Positions 1-9,074 of a stretch of DNA of 42,344 bases are shown piece after piece. A model generated the notes under the pieces. It did not search any database. It saw nothing but the letters and a program-made list of their open reading frames with translations, and was not told the DNA's origin. This stretch comes from a virus (Duplodnaviria; Caudoviricetes), in the IMG/VR virus record IMGVR_UViG_3300022917_000018, positions 1 through 42,344 of that record; one strand, written 5' to 3'. The position numbers were made by a program, and so were the translations under genes. Numbering within the stretch: the stretch's first letter is position 1; each line of letters starts with the position of its first letter.

Positions 1-80
1 CATATACGTAAAGTACCAATCCACCATGAAGGCTAGGAGTATTAGGGCTACAACTATGGTTATCTTACTTATTAGGCGCA

Positions 81-587
81 TTATTTTTTCCCTTTATCTT
101 TTCTAGCAGTATCTTTCCTTTTCTCACTGCTTGAACGTAGTCTTTTATCACCTGATTCTCCGGATTCGGCTTCGGAAGTCTTCTCTTTTCCATGGTTAAC
201 CCTCAGTATTTTACTAGCTATTAATGAATATAGTTTATCGACACTATGTGCATAGAATTCTTGAGTTTCGGGCACGAACTTTATATTGTTCGCCTCCCAT
301 ATACGCACGACGATATGTATGATCTCGTGTATTAATGAAGACTGATCTTCTAGTGTCCAGTTGAGATTGTTCAACCAGATAAGATACACATTAGCTTTGC
401 CTGGTGACGAGTAGTGGGTGGAGAAAGCCATAAAGTTTGGGTTTAATCCTTCGTTATCATCATCGCTCACACCGATCCTTCTCTGCCAGGAGAGCAGATT
501 AGCCTCAGTATTGTTACAAAACACATGTATTTCTTGCTTGAATATCGGGTCATACACTTTGAAACTTATGGGTTTTATGTCACTCAT
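81..587 (-). CDS. Hypothetical phage protein with HExxH (possible zincin-like metallopeptidase) and basic tail
   Basis: 168-aa ORF in minus-strand operon; LIHEIIH motif. Confidence 0.55.
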   Translation of the reverse strand: MSDIKPISFKVYDPIFKQEIHVFCNNTEANLLSWQRRIGVSDDDNEGLNPNFMAFSTHYSSPGKANVYLIWLNNLNWTLEDQSSLIHEIIHIVVRIWEANNIKFVPETQEFYAHSVDKLYSLIASKILRVNHGKEKTSEAESGESGDKRLRSSSEKRKDTARKDKGKK

Positions 588-954
588 TGTCTTGCATTTC
601 TTTAGTGAGCTGCTCGATGTCGGTCAGGAACACTTTTAACGTCTGTCCATCATCCTGAAGGCTGTATTCAACCTTAAATGACTTTCCCTTCCATACTACG
701 ACTTCCCTACCACTGCCGTCCGAGAGGTGGTTAATAACCTCGAATCTATTGACAGTATCCGTGCGCTCCAGCACCTTCTGATCTATATGGGCTTGGAGAG
801 CGGCTTTAGACTTTAGGTCTGAGTGATGAAATTCTTTGTCACGCTCCTCCTCGGTCAATATGTCGATGATGAAGCCCATTGTTGCTATCGCGTAGGCTAA
901 AGCATGATCATCCAGTATTTCCTCTAGTGGGTCGGTTGTGTTTGGGGTCATCAC
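580..954 (-). CDS. Hypothetical phage protein
   Basis: ORF overlapping both neighbours; exact start uncertain. Confidence 0.7.
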   Translation of the reverse strand: MMTPNTTDPLEEILDDHALAYAIATMGFIIDILTEEERDKEFHHSDLKSKAALQAHIDQKVLERTDTVNRFEVINHLSDGSGREVVVWKGKSFKVEYSLQDDGQTLKVFLTDIEQLTKEMQDNE

Positions 955-1352
955 CAATCACCTCTGATGTACTTCTCTATCCGATACGCGGCCTCTTGGG
1001 GCGTATGGCCGTCGTATTCTGGCGCACGCTCAGACTCAAGTACCTTGAACAGATCCCAGTGTTGACCCTTGTAATGGTTTGACACCTGGCCAGTAGGTAA
1101 TTGAGCAACTACCACAAAGTAGTTTTCTTTGCCGAAGCACAGCTCGCCATCAGAGTGTCGCCATGACTTCGTGACAACTGCGCCATCATCATGGTTACTA
1201 TAGTCTGCATATAGCTGATTAAACCAGCCAGCTTGCAATAACATTCGATAGTGGTAAAGCTCTTCAAACGTGTGATAACCATCAGATACCTCACTAATTG
1301 TCTCGTAATAACCCTCTTCATTCTTACCATCATTGATGATTAGCGTACTCAT
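951..1352 (-). CDS. WDGH-domain-like phage protein
   Basis: SDGYHTFEELY, KSWRHSDG, QVSNHY and EYDGHT motifs typical of this family. Confidence 0.7.
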   Translation of the reverse strand: MSTLIINDGKNEEGYYETISEVSDGYHTFEELYHYRMLLQAGWFNQLYADYSNHDDGAVVTKSWRHSDGELCFGKENYFVVVAQLPTGQVSNHYKGQHWDLFKVLESERAPEYDGHTPQEAAYRIEKYIRGDW

Positions 1353-1763
1353 CTACTTATCTCCTTCAGGTTTAGCGGTGTCTATGTCAACACCGGAATT
1401 TTCTATGTCGCTTCTATGTAAGGTGGGGGTAGTAAGGCCAAGTTTGGCACGGATTTCTTGACGCAATACGTTTTTTCCATTCTTCTCTGCGTATATCGCC
1501 ACGTCCATCGGATCGTCAAATCTTTCGTCATACGACACGGTGTCACCCCTTCTAAGCGCCTTACCACGCCACACGACCTCGTCATCGCTTCCTATTGCTG
1601 CCTCTACTTGCTCTCGGGGGAGGAATTTATCTAATATCTCATTGAGTGCCATGTACATATAGTCTTCGTCTGGGTCACGGTCGAATATTTGGGCATAGAA
1701 GAAACTCTCGATTATTTTCCTTAGTTCTTCAACGCTATTGGATTGTTGGTTAGAGTGGGTCAT
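1353..1763 (-). CDS. Hypothetical phage protein
   Basis: 136-aa ORF, abuts/overlaps neighbours. Confidence 0.75.
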   Translation of the reverse strand: MTHSNQQSNSVEELRKIIESFFYAQIFDRDPDEDYMYMALNEILDKFLPREQVEAAIGSDDEVVWRGKALRRGDTVSYDERFDDPMDVAIYAEKNGKNVLRQEIRAKLGLTTPTLHRSDIENSGVDIDTAKPEGDK

Positions 1764-2119
1764 AGCTCAGGCACCTCACTAAGCTCTTTCTTAGTTAGCC
1801 ACTGCAACTCCGGGCCGAGTTCAAAGGCATATCTGTCGGTGGTCTGGTGCTGGTAACTTTCATACCACTCGTCTATAGCTGAACCGATAAGGGATTCGAG
1901 TTGGTGCTTACTGCCGCCAACGGTGTCGTCGAGGGCGTAGTGGGTAACCTCCTCATAGATGCCACGTTTCGTAAGCACGATGGTTGGTATTCGCCTTTCC
2001 TCCAGGTTGCCTTTGAATACTGCATCGTGGAAGTGGCACAGTATAGGGCCGCCATCGTTGGAGTTGGCTGTCCTTGTCCTGCAATCTTCACAGTCCATAT
2101 AGTTTTCTACTTTACGCAT
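1760..2119 (-). CDS. Hypothetical protein with N-terminal CxxC...CxxH zinc-binding motif
   Basis: CEDC...LCHFH; GGAG RBS upstream. Confidence 0.7.
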   Translation of the reverse strand: MRKVENYMDCEDCRTRTANSNDGGPILCHFHDAVFKGNLEERRIPTIVLTKRGIYEEVTHYALDDTVGGSKHQLESLIGSAIDEWYESYQHQTTDRYAFELGPELQWLTKKELSEVPEL

Positions 2120-2130
2120 CTGTCTTCTCC

Positions 2131-2493
2131 TTATCCTAACTTCCCATTAGCAGCCATAACAACAATTCCCATTACAAAACCTAGGACAGTGATTGATATA
2201 CCTACTATGGCTATTATTTTTCCTACTGTTACTTCTGAGCCTTGCTTCTGGCCTTCGCCTCGTGTCAATCGCTCGGTTAGGGCTGCTATTTCCTTCTCTA
2301 GGGCTGTGAGCTGTTCTTTGGTGGCAACGCCCTGACGAAGTTCGTTCAGCAAGTCGAACCTTTTCTCGGCCGATACCTCTGTCTTACGGCTCTCCTCTTT
2401 AACAGCTACCAATGCAGCTTGAAGTGCCTTGTCCTTCTCTGCTAAGATAGCTTCAAAGTAGTCTTTGAGGCTGGCTACGTCCCAGGCCATCAC
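2131..2493 (-). CDS. Coiled-coil protein with C-terminal transmembrane helix
   Basis: Heptad-like AEKDKALQAAL...; hydrophobic IIAIVGISITVLGFVMGIVVM. Confidence 0.75.
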   Translation of the reverse strand: MMAWDVASLKDYFEAILAEKDKALQAALVAVKEESRKTEVSAEKRFDLLNELRQGVATKEQLTALEKEIAALTERLTRGEGQKQGSEVTVGKIIAIVGISITVLGFVMGIVVMAANGKLG

Positions 2494-2714
2494 TTATTCC
2501 AAAGCTCGTCAGCCTGCTTATCGGCGAGCGCCTTAGCGACGAGTGGCCTCATCTCTTCAGGTGTAAACTCAAGCTTCGGTAGGTCAGCCTGTTCAACCAG
2601 GGCTTTGACTAATTGGTTCCTGACTTCTTGGCGTACAGTCTTGGTTATCCACTCTAGATTGCCCATTAGATCGGAGTCCAGCCAATCATCGGGGAGTTCA
2701 ATCAATACCTTCAT
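2490..2714 (-). CDS. Hypothetical phage protein
   Basis: 74 aa, 4-nt overlaps, GGAGG RBS. Confidence 0.75.
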   Translation of the reverse strand: MKVLIELPDDWLDSDLMGNLEWITKTVRQEVRNQLVKALVEQADLPKLEFTPEEMRPLVAKALADKQADELWNK

Positions 2715-2965
2715 TGTTCCTCCTTATTAGTCTTAATATAGCCGTGGTCTTTTCTCCTAAAAGCTCGGTTCATCTGGCAATGCATCTCTGTATGATCTAT
2801 AGCCGTAGAGCCACAGAGGTCACATTTTTGCCCGCCCTTCGGTTTCAGAGGCAAAGGAAACTGAATTGCTGACGACGATCCATGTTTAATAGGGTCGCAA
2901 GGGTGGCAAATTATACATCCTTGCTTACATGTGGGGCATGGCGCCATACATCCGTGCGTGCTCAT
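2711..2965 (-). CDS. Cys-rich putative zinc-binding protein
   Basis: CMAPCPTCKQGCIICHPC and CDLC...H...C. Confidence 0.7.
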   Translation of the reverse strand: MSTHGCMAPCPTCKQGCIICHPCDPIKHGSSSAIQFPLPLKPKGGQKCDLCGSTAIDHTEMHCQMNRAFRRKDHGYIKTNKEEQ

Positions 2966-3204
2966 TGTCTTAACTCCTGCATTACAACCTGCTTAAGAAC
3001 GACTGGAGTGTATCTAGGCTTTGGATATTCAAACCCATCGACGCGCTTAATAGCCTCTTCTTTCGACTTCTCTATCGAGAGTTGCGTTGCCTTAATAAGG
3101 GCGTCTTGATATTCGTCACATCCTTCAGTACGCCATGAGAAATCATAGTAGGTGTGCTTAAAATGATTGTCCTCTACGAAGACGCCGGGGATATACTTAC
3201 TCAT
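2962..3204 (-). CDS. Hypothetical phage protein (start revised to MSKYIPG)
   Basis: ATG at 3204 couples to the stop of the upstream gene; the longer 3315 start overlaps that gene heavily. Confidence 0.65.
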   Translation of the reverse strand: MSKYIPGVFVEDNHFKHTYYDFSWRTEGCDEYQDALIKATQLSIEKSKEEAIKRVDGFEYPKPRYTPVVLKQVVMQELRQ

Positions 3205-3619
3205 GATATGCCTCACTGTTGGTAGCCCTGTACCCAGCTTTATTCCGAGCTGTAATATATGCACCGTCTTGGGCTTTATTAATGGCGTCCTTGTAGCCTG
3301 TGCGGCCTGCCTCACTGTTGGTAGGGATAAGCTGGCGTTTCGCCTCGGCTATTAAGTCTTGGTAGCGTGCTCGGTTCCAGAGTTGCGTATTGTCATCCCA
3401 ATACACGGCAAACTCTTCCCCGTCAATGGTATTGAGCATCATAGGGCGCATACGCTGGATGGTACTCTCAACGGTCTTGACGTGCCTTAGTTCCTGAGCC
3501 CCCCTATCCTGCTTAATGAGCTGCATGATCCTAGCGAGCTTTTGTTTCCGGATAACCGGCTGCTCAAATATCTCACGGAGCTCGGCATCTACCTGCTTTT
3601 CTAAGAGTTCATCATCCAT
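3197..3619 (-). CDS. Hypothetical phage protein (start revised to MDDELLE)
   Basis: AGGAAGGA upstream of ATG 3619. Confidence 0.7.
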   Translation of the reverse strand: MDDELLEKQVDAELREIFEQPVIRKQKLARIMQLIKQDRGAQELRHVKTVESTIQRMRPMMLNTIDGEEFAVYWDDNTQLWNRARYQDLIAEAKRQLIPTNSEAGRTGYKDAINKAQDGAYITARNKAGYRATNSEAYHE

Positions 3620-3635
3620 TGGTCTTTCCTTCCTG

Positions 3636-3803
3636 CTAGTGACCACATTTTGTATTGTGTATACCTGGGCCGTGGCGCTCGAACCCGAGGTTTCTGTAAC
3701 ATCTCTGGCACTCAACCGGGCAGCCGTTTACAAAAAACCAGTACTTACGCATATGGAGTCCTATCTTGCATAGAAAGGGTATCCTCGGTTGCTGCTTGCT
3801 CAC
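3636..3803 (-). CDS. 55-aa Cys/His protein (LCKIGLH...CQRC), not in ORF track
   Basis: Manual translation; GTG overlaps upstream stop and fills the gap exactly. Confidence 0.65.
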   Translation of the reverse strand: MSKQQPRIPFLCKIGLHMRKYWFFVNGCPVECQRCYRNLGFERHGPGIHNTKCGH

Positions 3804-4147
3804 TTGGTCTTTCCTTCCCGTTTGGGGTAGCGCTCTTCATCAGCGGCCAATTCTAAAAAGCTCTTGCGCACACACTCACCTATTTTTGCGTTGTCGAGGT
3901 CATAACTATACTGGTCTTCTCCCGTAGGATATTTACCCACTAGGGTAGCCACGCGTCCTGCTTGAACATATTCTTGAGCTAAGTCCAACCGTACCTGCTG
4001 TGCCACATCGTAAAAGAAGTTGGCCTGCTTATTGGTGAAGTTCAGGCCGTTTCCACGCCATGAAGCTGGTTTAGGATTGTATTTAGAAATAATGCGAACA
4101 AATTCCTGTTTTTCCATGAACGCTGCTACTTTTTCTTGTTTGGTCAT
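3800..4147 (-). CDS. Hypothetical phage protein
   Basis: 115 aa, 4-nt overlaps. Confidence 0.75.
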   Translation of the reverse strand: MTKQEKVAAFMEKQEFVRIISKYNPKPASWRGNGLNFTNKQANFFYDVAQQVRLDLAQEYVQAGRVATLVGKYPTGEDQYSYDLDNAKIGECVRKSFLELAADEERYPKREGKTK

Positions 4148-4386
4148 ACGCCTAGCCCCTTGTGCCTATCGTAGTTGTTGTTATCCCATTTGCGGTGAAA
4201 ATCAAACTCACTCGCAAAATGCGGTTGAGGTGACTCATAGATCTTTTTGACCACCCAAACAATCTCGGGGTTATAGTCTGCGAGGGTGATCTTTGCTCCT
4301 TCAGCAAGTCGGGGGTGTCTATCCAGCCAGGTTGTCATTGTTCGGTTATCTGCTATTAGGTCACAGAGTACTATCTGTTTACTCAT
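4144..4386 (-). CDS. Hypothetical phage protein
   Basis: 80 aa, 4-nt overlaps. Confidence 0.75.
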   Translation of the reverse strand: MSKQIVLCDLIADNRTMTTWLDRHPRLAEGAKITLADYNPEIVWVVKKIYESPQPHFASEFDFHRKWDNNNYDRHKGLGV

Positions 4387-4718
4387 TTCGATGCCTCTTT
4401 CTTTAAATCATGAAGACGTCGCTTCACGTTTTCATATGTCCACCTGGGAGAAGATGCTGACTCGTTAACATGTAGCACCGTCGTAAGTTCATCTATCCGT
4501 GCGGCTACGATCTCCTTGCTAGATTTATCAATAGCAGCGTCCCAGCCGTCACTACGTCCTCTCTCTTCTGCGGCTCGTACAGCAGCTTGGAGATGGGCGG
4601 CGAAGAAAGCACGAACCTCTTTTGGTGTAGCTGCAAATATATCCTCACCGTCTGAACCTGGCTGGAAGTCGCCATAGGTGTGGGTCTTAATAAAAGCTTC
4701 TAGATCGTCATCTGGCAT
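4383..4718 (-). CDS. Hypothetical phage protein
   Basis: 111 aa; ARIDEL motif; GGAG RBS. Confidence 0.75.
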   Translation of the reverse strand: MPDDDLEAFIKTHTYGDFQPGSDGEDIFAATPKEVRAFFAAHLQAAVRAAEERGRSDGWDAAIDKSSKEIVAARIDELTTVLHVNESASSPRWTYENVKRRLHDLKKEASK

Positions 4719-5349
4719 TTAATGCTCCTTCGACTTGTTTTATATATGATTCGGTTAGGCGGCCATGGGCCTTGAAGTGGTGAAATCTACACAGCCATAA
4801 GACATCTTTCCAGTGCTCCCCCTCGTAACCCAAATAATGATGGGCGTCCACCTTGGGATTGCCACACTCCTGGCAAGGTTGTCTCTGAATGTCCCCTCTG
4901 TTCACGGCGCTACGCAAGCGAACACGTGCCGCCTCTTTCTCAGGGTACTTTGCACGGGCATTCAAGTGAGCGCGCCTCTGTACTTCGCGTCCTGCGTCTG
5001 ATCTCTTGTATTCACGCTTTGTCGCAAGCTTTTTCTCGCGGTGTTTTACATAGGTCTCTTTAGAAATAAGATTCTGGCATGGGCGGCAGTAAGCTAAGGG
5101 TTGGCCTTCCTGTTTACCCCTGCGTGGAGTATAGTCGGCTACCGGCTTTGATACTTCGCATCTAGCACAGACCCTCTCGCCCGGTTTATTTGGCATGCCA
5201 TGCCTGGGCCTACTTGGATACACAATATGGGGGTCGCCATGCCTTGTAAGGCGCTTGTAATGCATTGAACAATAACCTTTAGCACTGTGGTCGCCAAGAG
5301 TTCTTTCACAGCCGAGCGCCTTACACAGTCTTTGTTCTGTATCATTCAT
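4708..5349 (-). CDS. Multi-zinc-finger HNH-like endonuclease
   Basis: C..xGC...GYCSMHY, CARC...CRPC, C-terminal PCQECG...DAHH...WLCRFHH. Confidence 0.65.
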   Translation of the reverse strand: MNDTEQRLCKALGCERTLGDHSAKGYCSMHYKRLTRHGDPHIVYPSRPRHGMPNKPGERVCARCEVSKPVADYTPRRGKQEGQPLAYCRPCQNLISKETYVKHREKKLATKREYKRSDAGREVQRRAHLNARAKYPEKEAARVRLRSAVNRGDIQRQPCQECGNPKVDAHHYLGYEGEHWKDVLWLCRFHHFKAHGRLTESYIKQVEGALNAR

Positions 5350-5356
5350 TGCTATT

Positions 5357-5376
5357 CTCCATTTAGGGGTTAGTTA
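5357..5376 (-). repeat. Cassette boundary box B (TAACTAACCCCTAAATGGAG), copy 1
   Basis: 20-bp exact match to 11378-11397; contains stop codon plus RBS. Confidence 0.9.
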
Positions 5377-5630
5377 TTCGGCATGTCCTTATAAGACAGA
5401 CCTTCTTTCCATTTGATGAATCTTGCCCTTTTGGTGAGTTCTGATGCCCTATCGCTCGAAAAATCTTCGTTGAGTTTTTCTGCAGTCATAGGCGCAACCT
5501 TTGGGTAGTAGAATGCGTCACACTTCTCGCACCAGTAAATATCTGGATAAAGCATGCTCGCAGGTATGAATACCCAATCCCCGTGTCCTTTAGGGCAGTA
5601 GGTGTCATCCCAGCTGTAAGTTCGTGCCAT
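5370..5630 (-). CDS. Small zinc-ribbon-like protein
   Basis: CPKGH...WCEKC; GGAGG RBS. Confidence 0.75.
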   Translation of the reverse strand: MARTYSWDDTYCPKGHGDWVFIPASMLYPDIYWCEKCDAFYYPKVAPMTAEKLNEDFSSDRASELTKRARFIKWKEGLSYKDMPNN

Positions 5631-5651
5631 ATCATCCTCCAGGGTTAGTTA
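5623..5651 (-). repeat. Cassette boundary box A (TAACTAACCCTGGAGGATGATATGGCACG), copy 1
   Basis: 29-bp exact match to 11563-11591; 15-bp partial copy at 11725-11739. Confidence 0.95.
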
Positions 5652-5962
5652 TTATTGCCTTTATCGGGGTTAGTGAGCTGATCCAGACGTTTTGTAAGAT
5701 CCGCTAGACGCTGCAATTTGAACTTGGAGATGTCGCGTCCCTGGTTAATGGCCTGTTCTAGCAGGTCTAGCTCAACAAGACGCTGCTCCAAGGCATGCCT
5801 ATTGTTTCTAGCCTCATCACGTTTGTGGATGAGAGCCATAATCTTATCAACTGTGTCAGGACTTAGGGTTCTCTTAAACCTATGTGCGCTATGCGATAGT
5901 AGAGGGATATTCAACTGTAGGTTTTCTATCTGCCTCCGTAGCCCATCATTCATTTCACTCAT
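5645..5962 (-). CDS. Hypothetical coiled-coil phage protein
   Basis: 105-aa ORF. Confidence 0.75.
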   Translation of the reverse strand: MSEMNDGLRRQIENLQLNIPLLSHSAHRFKRTLSPDTVDKIMALIHKRDEARNNRHALEQRLVELDLLEQAINQGRDISKFKLQRLADLTKRLDQLTNPDKGNNN

Positions 5963-6044
5963 TGCTTTCCCGGCTTTCCTTTAGGGATAGTGCTTGGCGT
6001 TGGGTCAAATGGGTCTAGTGGGAATGTGCTGGTGCTGTTGTTGG

Positions 6045-6695
6045 TCATATTTGCTCCTGGTTGAAGTCTTCATGTTTGATCTTTGTGATGATCCGGTCGC
6101 CCCTACGCGTGAATAGTTCCACGACAGGCTTGGCCACGAGGCCCTCCGCAATAAAGTCACCCCACTGAGATTTGAGACCAGCCTTTATCATATCAACACC
6201 CTCCAGCAGCTTGCCTGTGTGCACAATCGGTACAACATCCAGGCTGAACTTGCCGGCTATATCTTCGACGTCTTTGCGCTTAAGGTAGAGCTCGCCTATC
6301 TTAACGTCAAATAGCACAAACTCCTGGGAGCTAGAGTAGTTGCCCCCACCTTTCTGTATCTTTGCTCCGTAACCTTCTCCAAACAGGGTGGCCGGAACCT
6401 CCCCAAATACCTGTTCGAATACCTGTTCTACCCGTGTGCCCATAAACAATTCGTTTAGCTTCGTGACAAGATGGCTTGGGATCTGCGCATTCTCTGTACG
6501 TCCACCAAAATAAACCTTATGGCCGTCCCATATAATGCGAATATTGGTGCCGTCAACCTTCTCCGTGAATACCCATTCTATGTCCTTCAGTAATTCAAGC
6601 TCGGGTTCTCTATATACCCCCTCGATAAGACGGAAGGGCTTCTGCTCCTCGCGTTTATAAAGTCCAGGTATCTTGTGGTATAGTTCACTCATCAT
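6045..6695 (-). CDS. ATP-dependent RNA ligase, Rnl2-like nucleotidyltransferase domain
   Basis: Motif I TEKVDGTN, III LFGEGYG, IIIa FVLFDV, IV EGLVAK, V KIK. Confidence 0.85.
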   Translation of the reverse strand: MMSELYHKIPGLYKREEQKPFRLIEGVYREPELELLKDIEWVFTEKVDGTNIRIIWDGHKVYFGGRTENAQIPSHLVTKLNELFMGTRVEQVFEQVFGEVPATLFGEGYGAKIQKGGGNYSSSQEFVLFDVKIGELYLKRKDVEDIAGKFSLDVVPIVHTGKLLEGVDMIKAGLKSQWGDFIAEGLVAKPVVELFTRRGDRIITKIKHEDFNQEQI

Positions 6696-6979
6696 CTTCT
6701 CCTAGCCCTAATCCTATCCACGACAGCCTTAAGCTTAGCGCGGCCTTTTAGGGCGGTATTGGTTAATATTGTGTCCATTTCAGTATCATGTTCTACGGTA
6801 CGTCTGTTTCTGTTGGGCGTAGCTATTGGTTCAAACTTAATGTGAGCTATATTAGATACGAAGTTGGCTTGCTCTTTATTCTCAGGTTCTACTTCGCAAT
6901 CTAATATTTGCTTAATCTGAATAGCTTTGTCGTAGTCTACGTCCTTTTTGGTACCGTTGGTGAGTATGAGGGTTGGCAT
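6692..6979 (-). CDS. Hypothetical phage protein
   Basis: 95-aa ORF. Confidence 0.7.
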   Translation of the reverse strand: MPTLILTNGTKKDVDYDKAIQIKQILDCEVEPENKEQANFVSNIAHIKFEPIATPNRNRRTVEHDTEMDTILTNTALKGRAKLKAVVDRIRARRR

Positions 6980-6982
6980 CTG

Positions 6983-7414
6983 CTAGTCGCCAGAACCAAG
7001 CAAAAGGTTACTCTGCCCTGCTATATATTCATATACTGATGACCCGTCCTTTGTGATCGCGTAGGGCAGGAATACCTGCGCTGTCGTTACCATCCGGGTT
7101 TCGATAATCGCTAGCTGGGCTTCAACCCAATCCTTGGTGATCCTCCAGGCCACACGTAGCGCCTGCTCAGGGGTCTGGTACTTGGCTGATACCCTTTGAC
7201 GCTTTAGTGTCTCATGCACCGGTTGCCATGCCGTAGGTAGCTTGAAGGATATTTCGCCCTGCTCCGCACGGAGCTGGAAGCTCAAGGCTGTTATATTACC
7301 CTCGTGGTCGTAATCGGCCAGTATCTTTGACGCCCCCGCTTTGGCAAGTAGCGCCTGTATCTCCATAACTGTCTTCTGTGGAGCTATGCTAGTCGTATAG
7401 TTCAATAGTGGCAT
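6983..7414 (-). CDS. Conserved phage protein of unknown function
   Basis: NYTT...KTVMEIQ.LL...QALRVAWR...DWVEAQLA...VFLPY pattern common in phage early regions. Confidence 0.75.
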   Translation of the reverse strand: MPLLNYTTSIAPQKTVMEIQALLAKAGASKILADYDHEGNITALSFQLRAEQGEISFKLPTAWQPVHETLKRQRVSAKYQTPEQALRVAWRITKDWVEAQLAIIETRMVTTAQVFLPYAITKDGSSVYEYIAGQSNLLLGSGD

Positions 7415-7647
7415 TACAGCTCCAGCTTTTGTCTTATGAGTTTATTCAAGTCTTCTATGTTAACCGCCTCTATGTGACGGCGTCTAAGGGTGGGCAGTTT
7501 TATGCCCTCTGTCCTTAGTGTCGCGGCCATACCGGATATAGTTGTTCTGCGGCGATTCATGCGTTCGGCGATCCAATCAAGTCCATCACCGTTCTTATAT
7601 GCTTCGAGCCACAGCCTTACGAAGTGCTCTGCCTTAATCTGTCTCAT
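7414..7647 (-). CDS. Small HTH-like DNA-binding protein (paralogue of 8351-8596)
   Basis: LDWIAERMNRRRTTISGMAATLRTEGIKLP. Confidence 0.6.
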   Translation of the reverse strand: MRQIKAEHFVRLWLEAYKNGDGLDWIAERMNRRRTTISGMAATLRTEGIKLPTLRRRHIEAVNIEDLNKLIRQKLEL

Positions 7648-7821
7648 CTACGGTTTTCCCCCTATTACTAATTCCCAAAACAGCTTTGATGTCATTGCTG
7701 CTATCAGTATTGAAATGCTTACGAGTCCAAGAGCTAACCAAAAGGATAGTCTTGCCTGCTCTTTTGAGTTTTTTAGTTTCGATTTCTTCATATACAAACT
7801 TAAATCCATCAAGTGAGTCAT
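7648..7821 (-). CDS. 57-aa single-TM protein, not in ORF track
   Basis: Manual translation MTHLMDL...FWLALGLVSISILIAAM...; ATGA coupling with upstream gene. Confidence 0.6.
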   Translation of the reverse strand: MTHLMDLSLYMKKSKLKNSKEQARLSFWLALGLVSISILIAAMTSKLFWELVIGGKP

Positions 7822-7997
7822 TTACTTTCTTCACGTTCTCTGTTCCTGCGGCGTGTTTCCGCACTCTTAAGTTGTGCTGCGCGTATCTTCTCTGGGGTCA
7901 TGCTACCGAAGCCTTTCTTAGGATTCCTTGCCCTACCCATGACGCTCATTGCAGCGCTAAGCACAAGTCGCTTTTCCTTGTTCGTTAATTCAGGCAT
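7818..7997 (-). CDS. 59-aa basic protein with KGG/stress-protein-like motif, not in ORF track
   Basis: MPELTNK...KKGFGSMTPEKIRAAQLKS. Confidence 0.65.
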   Translation of the reverse strand: MPELTNKEKRLVLSAAMSVMGRARNPKKGFGSMTPEKIRAAQLKSAETRRRNREREESK

Positions 7998-8350
7998 TAG
8001 CTGTCCTTGCTCCCTTTATCTTCATTACACTCACCGCAAGCAGGCTTCAGTTTCCCTTTATCAAATCTGAATTCAGGATGCCGTGCCTTGCTTTTGGTGT
8101 GTTCTACGTTCATTTCATCTGCTGGTATCCACACATCACATATGTAGCATATGTAGTAGCCTTCGTGGTTAGGTGGATTATCTATGCGCCACTGCTTACT
8201 TTGGGCTGATAGCCGTTTACCGATCTTCCCAACCCTATTCATTCGCTTCTTAGGTTTCAACTGAGATTTTGCGACTATAGGTTTTCGTGGTTTAAACGGA
8301 CATAAGAAGGTACTGTGATAGTAGCTTCCACAGCTCTTGCAGGCTCGCAC
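7997..8350 (-). CDS. HNH endonuclease
   Basis: CYIC...VEH...PACGECNEDKG. Confidence 0.75.
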   Translation of the reverse strand: MRACKSCGSYYHSTFLCPFKPRKPIVAKSQLKPKKRMNRVGKIGKRLSAQSKQWRIDNPPNHEGYYICYICDVWIPADEMNVEHTKSKARHPEFRFDKGKLKPACGECNEDKGSKDS

Positions 8351-8575
8351 CTATTTAGTGTGTTTTCTCACGAGCGAATTTAGTTGAGCTACCGTTAGTC
8401 TATCTAGGCCAGACATAGCGGGCTTTAACTCTGGGAGGACTACGCCGGAGGCACGTAATCTCTTCGCGTGGTATCTTATTTGTGGCTTAGTGAGTTGCTG
8501 TGATCGCATCAGATCATCCAGAGTTGATGACGTGCACCATTCCACTACGAAGTCTCTGTAGTCTATTTTCTTCAT
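8351..8575 (-). CDS. Small HTH-like protein (paralogue of 7414-7647)
   Basis: FV..W...LRASGVVLPELK...LNSLVRK; AAGGAG RBS favours MKKID start. Confidence 0.6.
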   Translation of the reverse strand: MKKIDYRDFVVEWCTSSTLDDLMRSQQLTKPQIRYHAKRLRASGVVLPELKPAMSGLDRLTVAQLNSLVRKHTK

Positions 8576-8611
8576 TGTTGCTCCTTGCATTGGCAATATA
8601 ACTTTGGTCTT

Positions 8612-8803
8612 TTATTGTCTGGTTTTATCCTTTTGTGACAAACTAGACAGAGTCGTTGAATCATCATCGTAAACCCTCTCTCTGTGTTCTGGCTTGCAGT
8701 TTAGGCAATACTTCCTGAAAGCGCGCAGGATAGCTATCCTTACTTCATATACTGGCCCCATACGTTGGCAGCTATCACAATGACCTAAGGTTGCGCTACT
8801 CAT
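8612..8803 (-). CDS. Small CxxC-CxxC zinc-binding protein
   Basis: CDSC...CLNC. Confidence 0.6.
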   Translation of the reverse strand: MSSATLGHCDSCQRMGPVYEVRIAILRAFRKYCLNCKPEHRERVYDDDSTTLSSLSQKDKTRQ

Positions 8804-9074
8804 TCTCATATTCCTTTTCCCGTTTAAGTGGTCGCCAGTACGTAGCCTTTCGACCTTGGTCTATGCCGATATACGCTGCTACAACCTTGCCCTTACCCCG
8901 AAGCTCTAAGCAACGGGGTGTGACCGTATTAATAGGCCAGTTCAGGTAATCTGCTATCATGCGGTTAGTAGCTGGAGCTACTTCGAGCAGTGCATCTAGT
9001 ACAAGCTGCTGACGTTTGTTAAGTTTCTTCTCATCCAATGCACGGTACGCAAAAATGCTAGTCTGTTGCATCAT
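8796..9074 (-). CDS. Winged-helix DNA-binding protein
   Basis: LNKRQQLVLDAL...TNRMIADYLNWPINTVTPRCLELRGKG; GGAG RBS before MMQQ. Confidence 0.75.
   Translation of the reverse strand: MMQQTSIFAYRALDEKKLNKRQQLVLDALLEVAPATNRMIADYLNWPINTVTPRCLELRGKGKVVAAYIGIDQGRKATYWRPLKREKEYENE

Noticed and set aside
7634-7864. 76-aa ORF from the track
   Set aside because: Two shorter coupled ORFs in other frames (7818-7997, 7648-7821) tile the region exactly.
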